This document shows positions 19,699 through 29,752 of a stretch of 64,000 bases of DNA, in pieces; position 1 is the stretch's first letter; every line of letters begins with the position of its first letter. Location: the NCBI GenBank assembly GCA_035500495.1, contig DATJXC010000064.1, positions 5,446-69,445 on the forward strand, read 5' to 3'. The position numbers and the translations under genes were made by a program. Below the pieces are notes generated by a model. It had not been told where the DNA came from. It saw only the letters and a list, made by a program, of their open reading frames with translations, and did no database searches. This DNA comes from Gemmatimonadales bacterium. GTDB lineage: Bacteria > Gemmatimonadota > Gemmatimonadetes > Gemmatimonadales > GWC2-71-9.

Positions 19699-21885
19699 AT
19701 GGACATGCGATGTCTGAAAGCGGCTGTTTGGCTTGGCCTCGTCCTCACCATCCCTGCAGCCGCCCAGGACCCGGGGTGGCCCCGCGAGATCGCGACCGAC
19801 AAGGGCAAGGTCCTGATATACCAGCCGCAACCGGACAGCCTGGTGGGCAACGTGCTCTATGCGCGCGCCGCCGCGGCGGTCACCCCCAAGTCCGCCACCC
19901 AACCGGTGTTCGGAGCGCTGTGGTTCGTGGCGCGCATCGAAACCGACCGCGAGGCGCGGATGGTGCGCATCCTCACCCTCACCGTCCCGCGCGTCCGGTT
20001 CCCCAACGTCAAGCCGGAGACGGATCAAAAGATCATCGACGCCGTCCAGGAAGGCGTGAAGACCTGGCCGCTTACCATCTCCCTCGATCGGTTGCAGGCT
20101 TCCCTCGCGGTGGCCGAGCGCGAGCAGAAGAGTGCCGAGGGCCTGAGGAACGATCCCCCGAAGATTGTGTTCGACACCGTCCCCGCGATTCTCCTGCTGT
20201 ACACCGGCGAGCCGTTGCCGCGTCCCGTGCAGGGCTCGGCCGTGCTGCGGGCGGTCAATACACCCTTCTTCGTCGTGCAGGATACCGCGACCAAGACATG
20301 GTACCTGGACGGCGGGACGCGCTGGTTCCGCGCCAGCGATCCGAAGGGACCATGGGCGGTGGGTGCCGCGCCGCCGGAGCCGATCCTCGCTCTCGCCCGT
20401 CAGGAGGTCGGCGGCAAGGCCGACTCGGCCAAGGCCGAGGCCAAGGCCGAGGGCGCCCCGCCCGATACCACGACGCCCAAGATCGTCGTCGCGACCGAAC
20501 CGACCGAGCTGATCGTCACGCAGGGGGCCCCGAAGTACTCGAAGATCACCGGTACCGATCTGTTGGTGGTGAGTAATACTGAAACCCAGCTGCTGATGGA
20601 CGTGCCGACGCAGCAGCACTACCTCCTCTTGTCCGGCCGCTGGTTCAGGAGCAAGACCCTCGAAGGGCCGTGGACGTTCGTGCGACCGGACTCGTTGCCG
20701 AAATCGTTCGGGCAGGTGCCCTCCGACAGTAAGCAGGGGTACGTGCGGACGTTCGTGCCCGGTACGCAGGAGGCGAGCGATGCCCTCGCCGATGCGCAGA
20801 TGCCGCAAACCGCCGCGATCAAGCGCAGCGACGCGAAGCTCACCGTGAAATACGACGGCGATCCGCAGTTCAAGGACGTCACGGGCACCTCGATCAAGTA
20901 CGCGGTGAACACCCAGACGCAGGTCCTGAAGATCGGCGATCTGTTCTACGCGGTGGACAAGGCGGTCTGGTTCGTATCGAAGGAGCCGACGGGGCCGTGG
21001 GTGGTGTCGGACTCGGTGCCGGCCGAAGTCCAGAAGATTCCGCCCGAAAGTCCGGTTTACAACGTGAAGTACGTCTACATCTATGACACGACGCCGGAGG
21101 TCGTTTACGTCGGCTACCTCCCCGGGTATGTCGGGGCGTATCCGTATTACGGCACGGTGGTCTACGGCACCGGCTACTACTACCCTCCGTACGTGAGCCC
21201 CGTCGTCTACTATCCGCCGCCGGCCGTGACCTACGGCTTTCACGTCACCTACAATCCCTGGTACGGCTGGGGCGTCGGGATGAGCTGGAGCTATGGGATG
21301 GTCTCCTTCGGCATCCACTTCGGCGGATACCCAATGTGGGGAATGGGCGGCTACTACCCGGTGTATCGCCCGCCGTACTACGGCGGGTATCCCGGGCGCC
21401 CGGGCGGAGTCGGCGGAGTCGGCGGAGTCGGCGGGGTCGGCGGCGTGGGAGGCGTCGGGGGAGTCGGGGGCGTTGGGGGAGTTGGAGGAGTCGGCGGCGT
21501 GGGTGGTGTTGGGGGCGTCGGCGGTCCGGGAAAACCGGGGGGGCCCTCGCAGCTTCCGGCCGGTGGCCGAGGCAACAACATCTACAACCAGCCGTCGACC
21601 AAGGACCGCAACGCCCAGGGGTCGGACTTCTCGGGCGGCAAGAACGGCCCACGCGCCTCGGGCGGTGCCAACAATGTGATGACCGACAAGAGCGGCAACG
21701 TGTACAAGCGCAATTCCAATGGGACGTACCAGCAGCGCGGTCAGAACGGGTGGCAGCAACCGTCGGCGCAGAACCGCGGGCAGCAGGGCTCGCTGAATCG
21801 GGACTACGGTGCCCGCCAGAGCGGGGCGGCCCGCTCGTACTCCGGCGGAGGGGCGCGAGGGGGAGGGGGAGGGCGGCGGCGCTGA
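19699..21885 (+). CDS. Secreted hypothetical protein with aromatic/Gly-rich, (GGV)13 and Q/N/G-rich RGG C-terminal region
   Basis: GGAG lies 5 nt upstream of the ATG. Signal peptide MDMRCLKAAVWLGLVLTIPAAAQ. The ~470-aa globular part is followed by YYPPYVSPVVYYPPP...WYGWGVGMSWSYG..., then GGV x13, then an N/Q/G/S-rich tail ending GGGARGGGGGRRR. Confidence 0.8.
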   Translation: MDMRCLKAAVWLGLVLTIPAAAQDPGWPREIATDKGKVLIYQPQPDSLVGNVLYARAAAAVTPKSATQPVFGALWFVARIETDREARMVRILTLTVPRVRFPNVKPETDQKIIDAVQEGVKTWPLTISLDRLQASLAVAEREQKSAEGLRNDPPKIVFDTVPAILLLYTGEPLPRPVQGSAVLRAVNTPFFVVQDTATKTWYLDGGTRWFRASDPKGPWAVGAAPPEPILALARQEVGGKADSAKAEAKAEGAPPDTTTPKIVVATEPTELIVTQGAPKYSKITGTDLLVVSNTETQLLMDVPTQQHYLLLSGRWFRSKTLEGPWTFVRPDSLPKSFGQVPSDSKQGYVRTFVPGTQEASDALADAQMPQTAAIKRSDAKLTVKYDGDPQFKDVTGTSIKYAVNTQTQVLKIGDLFYAVDKAVWFVSKEPTGPWVVSDSVPAEVQKIPPESPVYNVKYVYIYDTTPEVVYVGYLPGYVGAYPYYGTVVYGTGYYYPPYVSPVVYYPPPAVTYGFHVTYNPWYGWGVGMSWSYGMVSFGIHFGGYPMWGMGGYYPVYRPPYYGGYPGRPGGVGGVGGVGGVGGVGGVGGVGGVGGVGGVGGVGGVGGVGGPGKPGGPSQLPAGGRGNNIYNQPSTKDRNAQGSDFSGGKNGPRASGGANNVMTDKSGNVYKRNSNGTYQQRGQNGWQQPSAQNRGQQGSLNRDYGARQSGAARSYSGGGARGGGGGRRR
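21403..21519 (+). repeat. 13 tandem 9-bp units encoding (Gly-Gly-Val)13
   Basis: The units are ggcggagtc, ggcggagtc, ggcggagtc, ggcggggtc, ggcggcgtg, ggaggcgtc, gggggagtc, gggggcgtt, gggggagtt, ggaggagtc, ggcggcgtg, ggtggtgtt, gggggcgtc. The units differ only synonymously. Confidence 0.9.
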
Positions 21886-21905
21886 GCCGTGCCACTCGTG
21901 GGAGC

Positions 21906-24116
21906 GTGACCGTCTCACGACGGAGTTCTGTTCTTCTCATGTGCGTCGCGGGGGCCTTCGGATGCGGTTCCCACGGCGCACCACGGTACGTCGGCGCCGC
22001 GACGTGCGCCCCCTGTCATCAGCCTGAGACGCTGGCCTGGCAGCGCTCCGATCATGCCCGGGCGATGCACGAGGCGAGCGACTCCGCGGTGCTCGGTGAT
22101 TTTGCCGATCGGACGCTGGTCTACTACGGCGATACGGTGCGGTTCCGGCGGACAGACGGCCATCCCGTCGTGACCATCGGCGGACCGGACGGCCGGCCAC
22201 GCGACTACCAACCCGTCTACACGTTCGGCTTCTATCCCCTGCAACAGTACCTCGTGGCGTTCGCGCGGGGTCGCTTCCAGGCACTGCCGGTGGCCTGGGA
22301 CACGCGTCCCGCTTCCGCCGGGGGCCAACGCTGGTTTCACCTGTATCCCGACGAGCCGATCCGGGCCGGCGACGAGCTGTACTGGACGGGACGCGCGCAG
22401 AACTGGAATTACATGTGCGCCGACTGCCACTCCACGGACCTGCGCAAGCGCTACCTGGCAACGACCGACAGCTTCGCCACCGCCTGGTGGGAGATCAACG
22501 TGGCGTGCGAGGCGTGTCACGGGCCGGGGTCACTCCACGTCGCCGCCGCCCAGCGTGTGGTGCAGGGGGGAAACTGGAGAGACTCGACGCCGCTCGGGTT
22601 CCCGGTGCGTTTCGACGAGCGCGCGGGCGTGACCTGGCACTGGGACAGCGTGGCGTTGCGTCCCCGGCGGTCGCTGCCACCTTCCGGTTTCCGGCCGGAG
22701 ATCGAGACCTGCGCCCGCTGTCACGCGCGCCGCTCGCAGGTGTGGCCGGCGTTCACTCCCGGTCGCCCGCTGCTCGACAGCTATCGCCCGTCGTTGCTCG
22801 AGCCGGGGTTGTACTTCCCGGATGGTCAGATCAACGGCGAAGTGTACGAGTACGGCTCATTCCTGCAGTCGAAGATGTACCGCGCCGGCGTGACCTGCAG
22901 CGACTGTCACGACCCCCATTCTGGAAAACTGCGCACGGCGCCGGACGTCGCGTGCAGCTCGTGTCATCTGCCGAGCCGCTACGAGACACCCCAGCACCAC
23001 CATCACCAGGTCGGCAAGGCAGGGTCATCCTGTGTGGATTGCCATATGGCGACCCGGACCTACATGGTCGTGGATGTCCGGCGCGACCATTCAATGCGGA
23101 TCCCGCGCCCCGACCTCTCCGTGCGTCTCGGCGTTCCCAACGCGTGCAACGCCTGCCACGCCAATCGCTCACCGCAGTGGGCCGAGCAGGCGTTGTCGCG
23201 ATGGTTCAAGCCCCGTCGCGAGACCGGCCCGCATTGGGGGGAGGCATTCGCGCTGGCGCGCCGTCACGATACGGCGGCGACGGAGGCGCTCGTTCGCGTG
23301 GCCCTCGATACCGCCGCCGGCCCCTGGGTGCGGTCGTCGGCGCTGGCGGCGCTTTCCGATTTCCTGACCGCCCCCGCCCTCGATGCCGTGGCACCGTTGC
23401 TCGGGGATCGGGACCCGCTCGTGCGCTTCGGCGCGGTGCGGGCCCTCCAGGGCCTGGCACCCGAGGTGCGTCTCCCGCTCGTGGCTCCCCTGCTCAGCGA
23501 TTCGACGCGGGTGGTCCGGATGGAAGCGGCGAGCCTGCTCGCGCCGGTACCCGACAGCGAGATGCACCGGGCGGAGCGCCGGGCCTTCGACCAGGCAGCG
23601 TGGGAGTCTGAAACGTCCGAGAACTACAACGCCGACCAGCCCTGGGCGTACGTCAACCTCGGCGTCTTCGCGAGCGACCGGCACGATTTCCCGGGTGCGG
23701 AGCGAGCGTATCGGGAAGCCATTCACGTCGACAGCGCCTGGATCCCGGCGTACGTGAACCTCGCCGACCTGTACCGCGCCCAGAGCCGGGATTCCCTGGC
23801 CGAGCCGCTCCTGCGCAAAGCCATCGCCATTGCTCCGGCCACCGCCGAAGCCCACTACGCGTTGGGGTTGCTCCTGGTCCGCAAGCAGCGCCTGAGCGAG
23901 GCGATTCCTGAGCTGCGCCGGGCGGCCGAACTCCGACCCGACGACCAGCGTTTCCAGGAGGTACTGCGGGCGGCGGAGGGGAAGGCGGGACCGGAGCTGC
24001 AGCCGGTGCCACCGGGAAAGCCGGGAACGAAGCGAACGCCGGGAACCAAGGGCAAGCGCGGGCCCAAAGCCAAGCGGGGATCCCAGGGAGTCCCGGGAAG
24101 TCGCCCGGGCCCGTAG
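21906..24116 (+). CDS. Octaheme c-type cytochrome (cytochrome c554/NrfA-like multiheme fold) fused to TPR/HEAT-like repeats; probable lipoprotein
   Basis: Eight CxxCH motifs: CAPCH, CADCH, CEACH, CARCH, CSDCH, CSSCH, CVDCH, CNACH. The C-terminal half is helical-repeat (TPR-like, e.g. AEAHYALGLLLVRKQRLSEAIPELRRAAEL). GTG 21906 gives VTVSRRSSVLLMCVAGAFGC (lipobox-like); ATG 21939 is the alternative. The upstream part of the 926-aa track ORF overlaps the previous gene and is rejected. Confidence 0.8.
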   Translation: MTVSRRSSVLLMCVAGAFGCGSHGAPRYVGAATCAPCHQPETLAWQRSDHARAMHEASDSAVLGDFADRTLVYYGDTVRFRRTDGHPVVTIGGPDGRPRDYQPVYTFGFYPLQQYLVAFARGRFQALPVAWDTRPASAGGQRWFHLYPDEPIRAGDELYWTGRAQNWNYMCADCHSTDLRKRYLATTDSFATAWWEINVACEACHGPGSLHVAAAQRVVQGGNWRDSTPLGFPVRFDERAGVTWHWDSVALRPRRSLPPSGFRPEIETCARCHARRSQVWPAFTPGRPLLDSYRPSLLEPGLYFPDGQINGEVYEYGSFLQSKMYRAGVTCSDCHDPHSGKLRTAPDVACSSCHLPSRYETPQHHHHQVGKAGSSCVDCHMATRTYMVVDVRRDHSMRIPRPDLSVRLGVPNACNACHANRSPQWAEQALSRWFKPRRETGPHWGEAFALARRHDTAATEALVRVALDTAAGPWVRSSALAALSDFLTAPALDAVAPLLGDRDPLVRFGAVRALQGLAPEVRLPLVAPLLSDSTRVVRMEAASLLAPVPDSEMHRAERRAFDQAAWESETSENYNADQPWAYVNLGVFASDRHDFPGAERAYREAIHVDSAWIPAYVNLADLYRAQSRDSLAEPLLRKAIAIAPATAEAHYALGLLLVRKQRLSEAIPELRRAAELRPDDQRFQEVLRAAEGKAGPELQPVPPGKPGTKRTPGTKGKRGPKAKRGSQGVPGSRPGP

Positions 24117-24169
24117 ATTTCATATTCGCGTTTCGAACCTCGCATTGCGCACTCGAAAGCTGGGAAGTC

Positions 24170-25360
24170 ATGAGCGCCGATAGCACCACCCCCGTGATTC
24201 TGTCCGCGGTCCGCACCCCCATCGGCAGGTACCTGGGGGGACTCTCACCGCTCCCGGCGCCGAGACTCGGTGCGCTCGTCATCCAGGAGGCCGTCGGTCG
24301 AGCCGGCGTCGACGGCGCCCTGGTGGACGAGATCATCATGGGCAACGTCCTGCAGGGTGGGGAGGGTCAGGCGCCGGCGCGGCAGGCCGCCATTCACGCC
24401 GGGCTCCCCGGCACGGCACCGAGCCTCACGATCAACAAAGTCTGCGGGTCCGGCCTCAAGGCCGTGATGCTCGCCGCGCAGGCCATCAAAGCCGGCGACG
24501 CCCAGTGCCTGGTGGCGGGCGGCATGGAGTCGATGTCGAACTCGCCCCACTACCTCTTCGGGATGCGCACCGGCATCAAGGCGGGGAACACGAACCTCGT
24601 GGATGGAATGATCCACGACGGGTTGTGGGACTCTTTCGGCAACGTGCACATGGGCAACCTCGCCGAGTACACGGCCAAGAAGGCCGGCGTGTCGCGCCAG
24701 GATCAGGATCGGTTCGCGCTCGAGAGCCACCAGAAGGCGGTGGCGGCGATGGAGGCGTGCCGCTTCAAGGCCGAGACCGTGGCCGTGGAGATCCCCGGGA
24801 AGAAGGGGCCGACGATCGTCGACAAGGACGAGGGCCCGCGGAAGGACACGAGTCTTGAGGCGCTCGGCTCCCTCAAGCCCTCGTTCGAGAAGGACGGCAC
24901 CGTCACCGCCGGCAACGCCCCGGGGCTGAATGACGGAGCCAGCGCGCTCGTCGTGGCCTCGCTCGCATTCGCCAGGAGCCATGGGCTCGCACCGCTCGCC
25001 AAGGTGACGGCGTATGCGACGGGCGGGGGAGAGCCGAAGGATCTGTTTTTCGCGCCGATCGTGGCGGTGCAGAATCTGATGAAGAAGGCCGGGACCAAGA
25101 TCTCGGACTACGGCTTGATCGAGGCGAACGAAGCGTTCGCGGTCCAGGCGCTGGCCGACGGGCGGGCGCTGCGGTGGGACTGGAATCGGGTCAACGTGAA
25201 CGGGGGCGCGATCGCGCTCGGCCATCCCATCGGCGCTTCCGGGGCGCGCGTCCTCACGACCCTGCTGTACGCGATGCGAGACCGCAAGGTCGCGACCGGC
25301 CTCGCCACGCTATGTCTCGGTGGCGGCAACGCGGTCGCCTTGAGTGTGGAGGCGGTGTGA
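24170..25360 (+). CDS. Acetyl-CoA C-acetyltransferase (thiolase II)
   Basis: Motifs [11 protein letters not shown] (active-site Cys), [20 protein letters not shown] and [10 protein letters not shown]. Confidence 0.93.
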   Translation: MSADSTTPVILSAVRTPIGRYLGGLSPLPAPRLGALVIQEAVGRAGVDGALVDEIIMGNVLQGGEGQAPARQAAIHAGLPGTAPSLTINKVCGSGLKAVMLAAQAIKAGDAQCLVAGGMESMSNSPHYLFGMRTGIKAGNTNLVDGMIHDGLWDSFGNVHMGNLAEYTAKKAGVSRQDQDRFALESHQKAVAAMEACRFKAETVAVEIPGKKGPTIVDKDEGPRKDTSLEALGSLKPSFEKDGTVTAGNAPGLNDGASALVVASLAFARSHGLAPLAKVTAYATGGGEPKDLFFAPIVAVQNLMKKAGTKISDYGLIEANEAFAVQALADGRALRWDWNRVNVNGGAIALGHPIGASGARVLTTLLYAMRDRKVATGLATLCLGGGNAVALSVEAV

Positions 25361-25379
25361 CGATCGCGGCGCGCGCCTG

Positions 25380-26264
25380 ATGGCGCGCGTTTTGTTTCTC
25401 CACCGACTCAAGGACTCGGGTTGGGCGGTCGCCTGGCTGCTGCTGTTCGCGGTGGTAGGCGTCGCGGTGACCGTCGGACTGGCCCAGGTCGTCCCGGGTA
25501 TCGGGGGCCGGGATTGGGAGCTGGCACGACAGGCCGGCTATCAGGCCGTCGGCTTCCTGGTCGCGACAACGGTGGTCGGCCGCTGGTGGAACCGGCACCG
25601 CTGGGCGCGGATGGGATGGCGGGGGAGTTGGAGCGCTCCATCGGCCTGGGTGCGTGGCACCGGTATCGGTATCGCCATGGCGATCGTGGCGGTGGGGCTG
25701 GCCGCGCTCCTCGGGGGGGCATCCGTACACCACACCCCCACCCAAGGGGCCTGGCTCGCCGCCGTGGCCCCTGTGTTCATCGGGCTGCTGCTGGCCGCGC
25801 TGTCGGAGGAGTTGATGTTCCGGGGCTATCCGCTGCGACGCCTGGCGGACGCGGTCACTCCGCCGGCCGCGACAGCACTGCTCGCCTTGGGCTTCGGGCT
25901 CGTCCATGTGGGCAATCCGAACGCCACCGTCGGGAGTACGGTGAACGTGATGCTCGCGGGGGTGTTTCTCTCCCTCGCGTTTTTCTCTCGGCGGGGGATG
26001 CCGCTGGCGTGGGGACTGCACCTGGGCTGGAACGCCGGCCTGGCGTTGCTCTTGGACGCACCCGTGAGCGGCTACGTCTTCCATATTCCCGGCGTGATGT
26101 ACACGCCCGGGCCGCACCCGTGGCTGGACGGCGGGGCGTTCGGGCCCGAAGGGGGGCTCGTCGCGACCGTGACGCTGCTCGCTGGATGCGCGGCAGTGCT
26201 TGGAGAAAGGTTGCGGAGTCCGGCCCGCTGGTGGAGCGCCGAACCGGCGAGGGAGATGGCATGA
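25380..26264 (+). CDS. CPBP family intramembrane glutamic endopeptidase (CAAX protease-like)
   Basis: Polytopic protein with the EELMFRGY motif and a second motif FGLVHVGN. Its stop overlaps the hbd start (ATGA). Confidence 0.8.
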   Translation: MARVLFLHRLKDSGWAVAWLLLFAVVGVAVTVGLAQVVPGIGGRDWELARQAGYQAVGFLVATTVVGRWWNRHRWARMGWRGSWSAPSAWVRGTGIGIAMAIVAVGLAALLGGASVHHTPTQGAWLAAVAPVFIGLLLAALSEELMFRGYPLRRLADAVTPPAATALLALGFGLVHVGNPNATVGSTVNVMLAGVFLSLAFFSRRGMPLAWGLHLGWNAGLALLLDAPVSGYVFHIPGVMYTPGPHPWLDGGAFGPEGGLVATVTLLAGCAAVLGERLRSPARWWSAEPAREMA

Positions 26265-27109
26265 GTCGGGTGGCGGTGGTGGGCGCGGGGACGATGGGGA
26301 ACGGAATCGCCCATGTGTTCGCTGTGCACGGGTGGGAGACGACGCTCCTCGATGTGTCGCCCGGCGCCCTTGAAACGGCGATGCGGACGATTGCCGGCAA
26401 CCTCGAGCGCCAGGTGAAGAAGGGCACCCTGACCGCGGCGCAGAAGGATGCCGCGCTGGGGCGTCTCCGCACCGGCTCAAAGCTCGACGGGGCCGGGCAG
26501 GCCGACCTCGTTGTCGAGGCGGCCGGCGAGCGGCCCGAGACGAAGTTTGCGATCTTCCGGGAGCTCGACGCCGCGGCACCGGCCGCGGCCATCCTCGCCA
26601 CCAACACGTCATCCATCCCGATCACCTCGATCGCCGCTCAGACCAAACGACCGGCCCAGGTCATCGGCATGCATTTCATGAATCCGGTGCCGGTGATGCA
26701 GCTGGTCGAGATCATTCGCGGTCTCGAGACCTCGGACGAGACGACCCACCGGACCGTCGAGATCGCCCAAGCCCTCGGCAAGACCCCGGTGGAGGTGCAC
26801 GATGCGCCGGGGTTCGTCTCGAACCGCGTGCTGATGCCGATGATCAACGAGGCGGTCTACTGCGTGATGGAGGGGGTGGCGACTCCCGAGGCCGTGGACA
26901 CCGTCATGAAGCTGGGGATGAACCATCCGGTGGGACCGCTGGCGCTCGCCGACCTGATCGGGCTGGACGTGTGCCTGGCGATCCTGGAAGTCCTGCAGCG
27001 CGACCTGGGGGACGACAAGTACCGGCCCTGTCCGTTGCTGCGGAAGATGGTCGCGGCCGGCCGCCTGGGCCGGAAGAGCGGACGTGGGTTCCATGACTAT
27101 CGCGGTTAG
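26261..27109 (+). CDS. hbd: 3-hydroxybutyryl-CoA dehydrogenase
   Basis: Motifs VAVVGAGTMGNGIA (Rossmann), NTSSIPIT, GMHFMNPVPVM, PGFVSNRVL and MGPLALADLIGLD. Confidence 0.92.
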   Translation: MSRVAVVGAGTMGNGIAHVFAVHGWETTLLDVSPGALETAMRTIAGNLERQVKKGTLTAAQKDAALGRLRTGSKLDGAGQADLVVEAAGERPETKFAIFRELDAAAPAAAILATNTSSIPITSIAAQTKRPAQVIGMHFMNPVPVMQLVEIIRGLETSDETTHRTVEIAQALGKTPVEVHDAPGFVSNRVLMPMINEAVYCVMEGVATPEAVDTVMKLGMNHPVGPLALADLIGLDVCLAILEVLQRDLGDDKYRPCPLLRKMVAAGRLGRKSGRGFHDYRG

Positions 27110-28265
27110 CGAGCTGCCGCCCGGTCTCTCCGAGACGCAACGCCAGGTGGTGGAGCTGGCGCGGGACTTCGCGCGCTCCAAGATCGAACCGTTCGCACCC
27201 GAGTGGGACCGGACGGAGCGATTCCCCCGCGATGTGATCCGGGAGCTCGGGGAGCTCGGCTTTTTCGGGATGACGGTCCCGGAAGAGTTCGAGGGCATGG
27301 GCCTCGATACGCAGACCTACTTGCTGGCTCTGGAAGAGATCGCCGCGGCCGACGCGAGCATCGCCGTCTCGCTCTCCATTCAGAATGCGATTCCAGTGAC
27401 GATGCTGCTGCGCCATGGCACGCCGGCGCAGCAGGAGCGCTGGCTCAAACCGATGGCCCGGGGCGAGCTGCTTGCCGGATTCGCCCTGTCGGAACCGGAT
27501 GCCGGATCCGACCCCGCCGGGATGCGGGCTCAAGCCGAACGCCGCGGCGACGGCTGGGTCTTGAATGGAATGAAGGCCTGGGCCACGAACGGCGGCACGG
27601 CAGACCTCATGATGGTGATGGTGCGCACCGATACGACCGGGGCGCGGCGCGGCGCGAAGGGAATTTCAACGTTCATCGTTCCGACAGGCACGGCCGGGTA
27701 CAAGCCGGGGAAGCCCGAAGACAAGATGGGATTGCGGGCGTCGAATACCGTCACGATCGCGCTCGAGGATCTGCGGCTTCCCGCAGACGCCCTCCTCGGT
27801 GACGCTGGGATGGGGTTCGTGTACTCCATGGAAGGGCTCGACGCCGGCCGCCTCGGCATCGCCGCGCAGGCGATCGGTATCGCGCGCCGAGCGACCGAGC
27901 ATGCGCTCGCGTATTGCGCGGAGCGCAAGCAGTTTGACCGCCCGATCCGGGAATTCGAAGCGGTGCAGTTCAAGTTGGCGGATATGGCCACCCGCGTGGC
28001 CGCGGCACGGGCCCTCACCCAGGCGGCGGCAGCGGCCAAGGATCGGGGTGAGATGATCGGCCCGCAGGCCAGCATGGCCAAGCTGTTCGCCTCCGAGACC
28101 GCCATGTGGGTCACGACCCAGGCGGTCCAGCTGTTCGGCGGCTACGGCTATATGCGTGACTATCCGGTGGAAAAGCTCTTCCGTGACGCCAAGGTCACCG
28201 AGATCTATGAAGGCACCAGCGAAGTCCAGCGTCTCGTCATCGCCAGGAGCCTCTATGGCCGGTGA
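27093..28265 (+). CDS. Acyl-CoA dehydrogenase (short/branched-chain type)
   Basis: Motifs [27 protein letters not shown] and [14 protein letters not shown] (catalytic Glu region). The start could instead be ATG 27084. Confidence 0.9.
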   Translation: MTIAVSELPPGLSETQRQVVELARDFARSKIEPFAPEWDRTERFPRDVIRELGELGFFGMTVPEEFEGMGLDTQTYLLALEEIAAADASIAVSLSIQNAIPVTMLLRHGTPAQQERWLKPMARGELLAGFALSEPDAGSDPAGMRAQAERRGDGWVLNGMKAWATNGGTADLMMVMVRTDTTGARRGAKGISTFIVPTGTAGYKPGKPEDKMGLRASNTVTIALEDLRLPADALLGDAGMGFVYSMEGLDAGRLGIAAQAIGIARRATEHALAYCAERKQFDRPIREFEAVQFKLADMATRVAAARALTQAAAAAKDRGEMIGPQASMAKLFASETAMWVTTQAVQLFGGYGYMRDYPVEKLFRDAKVTEIYEGTSEVQRLVIARSLYGR

Positions 28266-29322
28266 CGCCGACCTGTTCAAGCTGCTTGCCGAGCACGACC
28301 ACGAGCAGGTGAGTTTCGCCTACGAGCCGTCCTCCGGGTACCGGGGGATCATCGCGATCCACAACACAACGCTCGGCCCCGCGCTCGGCGGCACCCGCTT
28401 CTGGCATTACGCGAGCGACCGCGAGGCCCTGGTCGACGTGCTCCGCCTGTCGCGTGGGATGACGTACAAGGCTGCCGTCGCCGGGCTGAACCTGGGCGGC
28501 GGGAAAGGCGTGATCATCGGTGACAACCGCCTGGTCGACCGCGAGCCGGTGTTCCGGGCCCACGGCCGGCACGTGCAATCGCTCGGCGGCCGCTACATCA
28601 CCGCCGAGGACGTCGGCACCAGTACCGCCGACATGGAGCTGATCCGCGCGGAGACCCAGCACGTGACGGGATTGATGGGGAAGTCGGGGGACCCGTCACC
28701 CGTCACCGCGTTCGGCGTGTACCGCGGCATGAAGGCGTGCGCCAAGGTGCGGTGGGGCTCGGACAGCCTGACCGGCAAGACGGTGGCGATTCAGGGGTGC
28801 GGCCATGTCGGGTACTTCCTCGCCAAGCAGTTGTACGAGGAAGGCGCGAAGTTGATCGTGACCGATATCGATCCGAACCGGGTCAAGGCGATGGTCCAGG
28901 ATTTCCACGCCACCGCCGTGAAGCCGGAAGAGATCTACGGTCAGAAGGCCGACGTCTTCGCGCCCTGCGCGCTCGGCGCGATCATCAACGACGACACGCT
29001 CCGCCAGCTCAAGGCCGAGGTCGTCGCCGGAGGCGCGAACAATCAGCTCGCCGAGGACCGGCATGGTGACGCCCTCGCCCAGCGCGGGATTACCTATGCG
29101 CCGGACTACGTGATCAACGGTGGGGGATTGATCAACGTGAATGCCGAGCTGCTGGGCTGGTCGCTCGAGCGCGCCAAGAATAAAGCCGGAGAAATCTACG
29201 AGACGATCCTGCGGGTCTTCGAGATCGCCAAGCAGCAGGGGATCCCCTCCTACGAAGCGGCCGACCGGCTCGCCGAACAGCGCATCGCGGCCGTCGCGAA
29301 GGTGAGGCAGAACTTTGTCTGA
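28255..29322 (+). CDS. Leucine (Leu/Val/Phe) dehydrogenase, Glu/Leu/Phe/Val dehydrogenase family
   Basis: Motifs [24 protein letters not shown] (catalytic Lys), [11 protein letters not shown] and [11 protein letters not shown] chose the internal ATG (MAGDADLF). Confidence 0.88.
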   Translation: MAGDADLFKLLAEHDHEQVSFAYEPSSGYRGIIAIHNTTLGPALGGTRFWHYASDREALVDVLRLSRGMTYKAAVAGLNLGGGKGVIIGDNRLVDREPVFRAHGRHVQSLGGRYITAEDVGTSTADMELIRAETQHVTGLMGKSGDPSPVTAFGVYRGMKACAKVRWGSDSLTGKTVAIQGCGHVGYFLAKQLYEEGAKLIVTDIDPNRVKAMVQDFHATAVKPEEIYGQKADVFAPCALGAIINDDTLRQLKAEVVAGGANNQLAEDRHGDALAQRGITYAPDYVINGGGLINVNAELLGWSLERAKNKAGEIYETILRVFEIAKQQGIPSYEAADRLAEQRIAAVAKVRQNFV

Positions 29323-29752
29323 GAAAGTCTACGTCGGCGCCGACCACGCGGGCTTCGAGTTGAAGCAGCGCCTGGTGGAGGAGCTGAAGCGGCTCGGTTA
29401 CGATCCGGTGGACGTCGGTCCCAAGACGCTCGATCCTGGGGACGACTTTCCCGACTACGCCAAGCCGGTCGCGCAGGCCGTGAGCGACGGCACCGCTCCC
29501 CTGGGCGTCCTGACCTGCGGCACCGGGCTGGGGATGTCCTACGTCGCCAACCGCTATCCGCATGTGCGGGCCGCCGTGGTGTGGAATCCCGAGATCGCGG
29601 AGCTGTCGCGGCGCCATAACGATGCCAACATCCTGGTCCTCCCGGCCCGCTGCTTGAGCGATGCCGACAGCCTGGCCATCCTGCGGACCTGGCTGAAGAC
29701 GCCCTTCGAAGGCGGTCGTCACCTCCGCCGAGTGGAGAAGATCGACCAATGA
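29315..29752 (+). CDS. rpiB: Ribose-5-phosphate isomerase B
   Basis: Motifs [23 protein letters not shown] and NILVLPAR. The TTG start is preceded by GGTGAGG at 7 nt. Confidence 0.88.
   Translation: MSEKVYVGADHAGFELKQRLVEELKRLGYDPVDVGPKTLDPGDDFPDYAKPVAQAVSDGTAPLGVLTCGTGLGMSYVANRYPHVRAAVVWNPEIAELSRRHNDANILVLPARCLSDADSLAILRTWLKTPFEGGRHLRRVEKIDQ

Noticed and set aside
21378-21581. 67-aa minus-strand ORF encoding (PPT)13.
   Set aside because: It is the exact antisense image of the (GGV)13 repeat inside a longer, signal-peptide-bearing plus-strand gene.
24119-24169. Inverted repeat TTTCGA-N16-TCGAAA and CATATT upstream of the thiolase gene as a possible operator/promoter.
   Set aside because: The arms are only 6 bp with a long spacer. 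This has high chance expectation and matches no known operator consensus.
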